A stretch of DNA of 19,320 nt from Coleofasciculus chthonoplastes F2-STO-03 (lineage in GTDB: Bacteria; Cyanobacteriota; Cyanobacteriia; Cyanobacteriales; Coleofasciculaceae). Each line of letters starts with the position of its first letter. Position 1 is the first letter of the stretch. The notes beneath the pieces were generated by a model. It was not told where the DNA came from, did no database searches, and saw only the letters and a list, made by a program, of their open reading frames with translations. Below are positions 15,406-19,320 of the stretch, in pieces. The position numbers and the translations under genes are program-made. The stretch lies in NCBI GenBank assembly GCA_040222015.1, contig JAVJWO010000056.1, positions 1 to 19,320 on the forward strand, in the 5' to 3' direction.

Positions 15406-16110
15406 ATGAACGCTCATGTATTTATCAAAGGCGATGAAGAGAATAGACAATGGATTCCTATGTCCCGCCGGAAACCCCAGCCTTTACCCACGATTACACT
15501 AACCCCTCGAACCCCTAACCACCTTTCGATTAAAAATTTACGCACCTCGGCTCAACGCAAAGCCAAACAGGGAGAGTACAGGAGTGCGATCGCGCTTTTG
15601 AGTCGGGCAATTAAACATCATCCTACCCACGCCATTGACTATAACAACCGAGGATTGATTTACTTCCAAATGGGTCAGCGTCAAAAAGCTTTAGACGATT
15701 ACAACCGAGCCTTACAACTCAATCCCGAATTGGACAGCGCTTACAATAATCGCGGCAATTACTATGCTGCCATGGGACAATTAGCCAAAGCACTCGCCGA
15801 TTACGAAAAAGCATTGGATCTCAATCCGCGTAATGTTCGCACTTGGATTAACCAAGCCATCACGTTTCGGGAATTAGGGCTTTATGACCTCGCTATAGAA
15901 AACCTCGACTTAGCTTTAATCCTGGGATGCCTACAAAACCACATCTATGCCGAACGAGGTCGTACCTATCATCTGCGAGGGGACTGGAACTGCGCGATCG
16001 CTGACTATCAACGAGCGCTCTCTTTACTTCCTGTGTCAGGCACCTCGGGTCGTCTGCGCCAGAAAGTGGAAATCTGGATGGGTGAGTTGCTCGATCCGTT
16101 AACCGCATGA
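15406..16110 (+). CDS. Tetratricopeptide repeat protein
   Basis: Repeated YNNRG...A..DY..AL.LNP units; GGAGA RBS before ATG 15406. Confidence 0.93.
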   Translation: MNAHVFIKGDEENRQWIPMSRRKPQPLPTITLTPRTPNHLSIKNLRTSAQRKAKQGEYRSAIALLSRAIKHHPTHAIDYNNRGLIYFQMGQRQKALDDYNRALQLNPELDSAYNNRGNYYAAMGQLAKALADYEKALDLNPRNVRTWINQAITFRELGLYDLAIENLDLALILGCLQNHIYAERGRTYHLRGDWNCAIADYQRALSLLPVSGTSGRLRQKVEIWMGELLDPLTA

Positions 16111-16157
16111 ACTCGAACCATCCTTTGTTTAGATGTCCAAAGAAACTCTATCGTTGT

Positions 16158-16550
16158 TTAGTTATCGGGCATGAGACGCCGATCTTCCCAGACGACTTGA
16201 CGCTGATTTGGATCAACCCGATAACTTTGATCTTGCATAACTCGTCTAGCTTGTGCCGGATCAAACGCTTCGCCGAAGTCATTGCGGAGTTTCTGAACAC
16301 GGCTTTGGGTGCGTTTCACTTCCGATCGTACTTCTTGCAACTTCGCCTTTTGGGACAGATGATAGGGCAACAGTTGTGCCAATCCCGCGATCGCGGCAGA
16401 ACAAAGAATCAGATTTACCACTAATTTAACCGTAATTTCACCCGCCACGACGGAGTAGGAATGCCGCCGAGGACGACGCTCTTGGTGAGGAACCCTGCGG
16501 CGGGTTGGTAAAGGTTGCCGAGTGGGCCGAGAGGTTGGGATTGCATTCAT
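16158..16550 (-). CDS. Slr1601-like single-pass membrane coiled-coil protein (putative FtsL/FtsB-like division protein)
   Basis: Basic N-terminus, one TM helix (LVVNLILCSAAIAGLAQLLPY), a coiled coil, then FDP...MQDQS.RVDP. ATG 16550 preferred. Family assignment is from memory. Confidence 0.75.
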   Translation of the reverse strand: MNAIPTSRPTRQPLPTRRRVPHQERRPRRHSYSVVAGEITVKLVVNLILCSAAIAGLAQLLPYHLSQKAKLQEVRSEVKRTQSRVQKLRNDFGEAFDPAQARRVMQDQSYRVDPNQRQVVWEDRRLMPDN

Positions 16551-16965
16551 CTCAAAAAAACTCGCTGGAGACTCCCGTGTCACGTTGATTTAGCGGCAGA
16601 GGAAAGCTTGGCAAAAAGTATCGCTTCCCTTGTACAAAAGTTGGTAATACCCCTACCGCCTTATTGACTAACGACGTTTGACGCACCAGCGTTCGCCTCT
16701 CGTCTGGATAGTTACAGACTCGTGCTTTTAAACTGTACGCCTAGGGGGGGATTGAAGGTATGTCCGTTGCCAAAAGGTTGACAATCGCTAACATTTTCTT
16801 TCGGCTTCATCCTGGCAGTGTTGGTACTCACCAGTCCACCGACTGACACGACTGAGCTGGTCGCCTAACGTTCAGATCATAGACAAAGAGTTTTCCTCAG
16901 GCAATACTCTGCTGCGGATAGTCAGATACTTTACAGCATTTTGCTGCCATTATCCGGAATTAGGA

Positions 16966-17025
16966 GATGAGGGGTGCAACTCAAACCGTATCTACAAGAC
17001 AAGGGTGGACATCACACCCCTCATC
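16966..17025. terminator. Inverted repeat downstream of psaM
   Basis: GATGAGGGGTG (16966-16976) / CACCCCTCATC (17015-17025), 11 bp with a 38-nt spacer. Confidence 0.4.
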
Positions 17026-17058
17026 CTTGCCAGTTCCCAGCCAGATTGGGAATGAGAA

Positions 17059-17154
17059 CTACTTATAGAGTTCCGTAGCTAAACGGAAGGCTAAGATACC
17101 GGGAATGAGCGCTACGACAAGAGCGACGAAAACTTGGGTATCTGAAAGGGACAT
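17059..17154 (-). CDS. psaM: Photosystem I reaction center subunit XII
   Basis: Not in the ORF track. Hand translation: [31 protein letters not shown] (31 aa); AGGAG RBS upstream. Confidence 0.98.
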   Translation of the reverse strand: MSLSDTQVFVALVVALIPGILAFRLATELYK

Positions 17155-17328
17155 GGTTTACAAGCTCCTAATTAAACATCAATATGACCTTTAGTCTACT
17201 GGCTATTGCTCCGTTTTCGGCAGAAATTTCGGGCAACACGTTAAGATTAGTTAACAGAAGGCTCATAGTTGCCGAGCAAGAGCAGCTTACGTCCTCGTCA
17301 ATACTCGAAATCATTATTTATTTCATTA

Positions 17329-18045
17329 ATGCTGGATCAAGTTTTTAAGTTACCGTTCAATCTAGGAATAGAAGCCCCCTTAGTCCTGCTGATTTTGGTT
17401 GCTCTCGAAGCCGTGCTGTCAGCCGATAACGCGATCGCGCTGGCAACAATTGCTCAAGGGTTAGAAGACAAGCAACTCCAGCGACAGGCGCTGAATTTTG
17501 GCTTGGTGGTGGCTTATGTCCTCCGGATCAGTCTGATTCTGACGGCAACGTGGGTGGTCAAGTTTTGGCAATTTGAACTCCTCGGCGCTGCTTATTTGCT
17601 TTGGTTAGTCTTCGAGCATTTCACCTCCGAGGAAGATGAACAACATCACCATCATGGACCCCGATTTACATCGCTGTTACAAGTAATTCCTCTGATCGCC
17701 ATTACGGATCTAGCATTTTCCTTAGATAGTGTCACCACCGCGATCGCGATTTCTGACCAAATCTGGCTGGTTCTGGCAGGTGGCACCATCGGTGTGATTA
17801 CCCTACGATTTATGGCAGGATTATTCATCCGTTGGCTGCAGGAGTATGTCAACCTGGAGGATGCGGGTTACATTACCGTTGGTATAGTCGGATTGCGACT
17901 TTTGGTTCGGGCGATTAATCCAGAATTCGTGCCGCCCGAATGGTTGATGATTACCATTATTGCCTTGATCTTCCTCTGGGGATTTGCCCAACGCACGAAT
18001 GAAGCCGACAACTCACTCCCTGAAGTTAATGAACAGCTTGAGTAA
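17329..18045 (+). CDS. TerC family integral membrane protein
   Basis: LEAVLSADNA and ITDLAFSLDSV acidic TerC motifs, multiple TM helices and an EEDEQHHHHG loop. ATG 17329 is preferred over the TTG at 17269. Confidence 0.93.
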   Translation: MLDQVFKLPFNLGIEAPLVLLILVALEAVLSADNAIALATIAQGLEDKQLQRQALNFGLVVAYVLRISLILTATWVVKFWQFELLGAAYLLWLVFEHFTSEEDEQHHHHGPRFTSLLQVIPLIAITDLAFSLDSVTTAIAISDQIWLVLAGGTIGVITLRFMAGLFIRWLQEYVNLEDAGYITVGIVGLRLLVRAINPEFVPPEWLMITIIALIFLWGFAQRTNEADNSLPEVNEQLE

Positions 18046-18125
18046 GTAGGGGGGAAATTAAAGTCGGGCGGCGAAGATCATCATTTGTCATTTGGTGATT
18101 GTGCAGGGTTCATTGGTAATCCTCT

Positions 18126-18180
18126 TCCCCTGCTCCCCTGCTCCCCCTGCTTCCCCTGCTTCCCCTGCTTCCCCTGCTTC
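18126..18180. repeat. Short tandem repeat (STRR-like), about 6 copies of (T)CCCCTGCT
   Basis: Direct reading of 8-9-nt units between the convergent TerC-family and uppP genes. A related degenerate tract lies at about 3772-3805 on the other strand. Confidence 0.9.
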
Positions 18181-18193
18181 CTCCCCTCACTAC

Positions 18194-19168
18194 CTAACTA
18201 TCGGGCATTACCCCAGCGATAATCGCGGCTAAAATTGCCACACCAAAGGCGACGCGATACCAGACAAAGATCCAAGTGTTCCGAGTTTGTAGGTAACGAA
18301 TCAGCCACGCGATCGCGGCATAAGAAAACACAGCGGATGATATCACGCCCACGGTGAGAGGCATTAATCCTCCCTCGCCGACTCCAGATTCTAATAAATC
18401 CTTTAACTCCACTAACCCGGCTAGGGTAATCGCGGGAATGCCTAGCAAAAAGGAAAAGCGGGCGGCTGTTCCTCGTTCTAACCTCATAAACAAGCCGGCT
18501 GTAATTGTTGAACCCGATCGCGATACGCCAGGAATGAGCGCCAAGGCTTGAGCAAATCCCATCAAGATGCCATCCTGCATCCCCAATTTATCGAAATTGC
18601 GCTCTCTAGTACCGATCTTTTCCGCAACGCCCAAAAGCAGCCCCATAAAAATCGAAGCACAAGCGATCGCGACAGTACTCCGTAGGGGAGAATTATCAAA
18701 ATCTGGAATAAATATCTTAATTAACAAGCCACAGAAGACAATCGGTAAAGTACCTAAGCCGATACCCACCGCCATGCGAAAATCGTTGGCTTGGTAATCC
18801 CTCCTCTGAATCGCTTTAATCGTACCTGTGGAAATTTGCCATAAGTCTGACCAAAAATACCACAGCACGGCAGCAATACTCCCCAGCTGAATAATTGCCG
18901 TAAAAGCAACCCCCGGATCACCCCAGCCTAATACCACAGGTACGACTTTTAAATGTGCAGTACTGCTAATCGGGATAAACTCCGTTAACCCCTGCACGAT
19001 TCCCAGTACCAACGCCTGAACAATGTTCATCTGGGAGGTGGATTGGGTGGTGGGTACGGCGACGTCTGTGGATAAGCTGGTGGCAAAACTCTTCAATGGA
19101 ATGGTGAGTAAGGCACTTAGAAGGCTAAGACTTAAAAATTTGAACCACCGCCACTGCAATTTGATCAT
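18194..19168 (-). CDS. uppP: Undecaprenyl-diphosphate phosphatase with N-terminal extension
   Basis: VQGLTEFIPISSTAH, AIIQLGS, ALIPGVSRSGSTI and AARFSFLL motifs. Confidence 0.97.
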   Translation of the reverse strand: MIKLQWRWFKFLSLSLLSALLTIPLKSFATSLSTDVAVPTTQSTSQMNIVQALVLGIVQGLTEFIPISSTAHLKVVPVVLGWGDPGVAFTAIIQLGSIAAVLWYFWSDLWQISTGTIKAIQRRDYQANDFRMAVGIGLGTLPIVFCGLLIKIFIPDFDNSPLRSTVAIACASIFMGLLLGVAEKIGTRERNFDKLGMQDGILMGFAQALALIPGVSRSGSTITAGLFMRLERGTAARFSFLLGIPAITLAGLVELKDLLESGVGEGGLMPLTVGVISSAVFSYAAIAWLIRYLQTRNTWIFVWYRVAFGVAILAAIIAGVMPDS

Positions 19169-19320
19169 GTATGTCTTTGAGTTGACTTCTCCCCTGGTTA
19201 AAAACGCAGGGGATTCTAAGAGGATACTGCGGGACGGGCTAAAGCCGCGTCCCTCCGTTTCATCTTCTTAGAGTTCCAGAGGAAAACCCTGGATGGCGCA
19301 GTCAAAAACGCCCTACTGAC

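Larger units (their letters stand above)
2046..18670. repeat. HIP1 octamer GCGATCGC, dispersed
   Basis: Seen by eye at 2046, 5019, 5597, 7736, 8465, 8624, 12657, 14599, 15586, 15994, 16387, 17431, 17740, 18309 and 18663 (manual count, may be incomplete). Confidence 0.9.

Noticed and set aside
17280..17328. yybP-ykoY Mn riboswitch upstream of the TerC-family gene (CGTCAATAC present)
   Set aside because: No GGGGAGTAGC or GC(A/G)AGACC elements in the required order.
18126..18180. CRISPR array
   Set aside because: Contiguous 8-9-nt tandem units without spacers, and no cas genes in the window; this is a typical STRR.
399..19271. Overlapping or antisense ORFs in the track (e.g. 399-584, 674-952, 1313-1621, 2002-2241, 13669-13926, 14439-14810, 14949-15182, 16107-16424, 18354-18797, 19023-19271)
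   Set aside because: They are shadows of well-supported genes or run through repeats, with no recognisable motifs.

Overview
This is a cyanobacterial chromosomal window: it has psbK, psaM, at least 15 HIP1 octamers and short tandem repeats, and the repeat style suggests a filamentous non-heterocystous lineage (inference). The housekeeping backbone holds a zinc-ribbon protein, a frameshifted TIGR03792-type gene, a phasin-like protein, an FKBP PPIase, dnaB-rplI, gloB, rplU-rpmA, psbK, a GST, a TPR protein, psaM, a TerC-family protein and uppP. A sulfated-glycan cassette at 5564-12147 interrupts it. The cassette has two GT4 glycosyltransferases, two sulfotransferases and an MsbA/HepA-type ABC exporter whose C-terminal tail looks like a histidine-kinase DHp domain with the phospho-His replaced by Tyr. 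The intergenic DNA is rich in tiny mobile-looking elements: 27-nt inserts at CAG^CTT, GTAG palindromes and MITE-like inverted repeats. At the left edge is a candidate Cys-Cys leader peptide plus terminator, a possible attenuator. All calls come from reading the sequence; no database searches were run.
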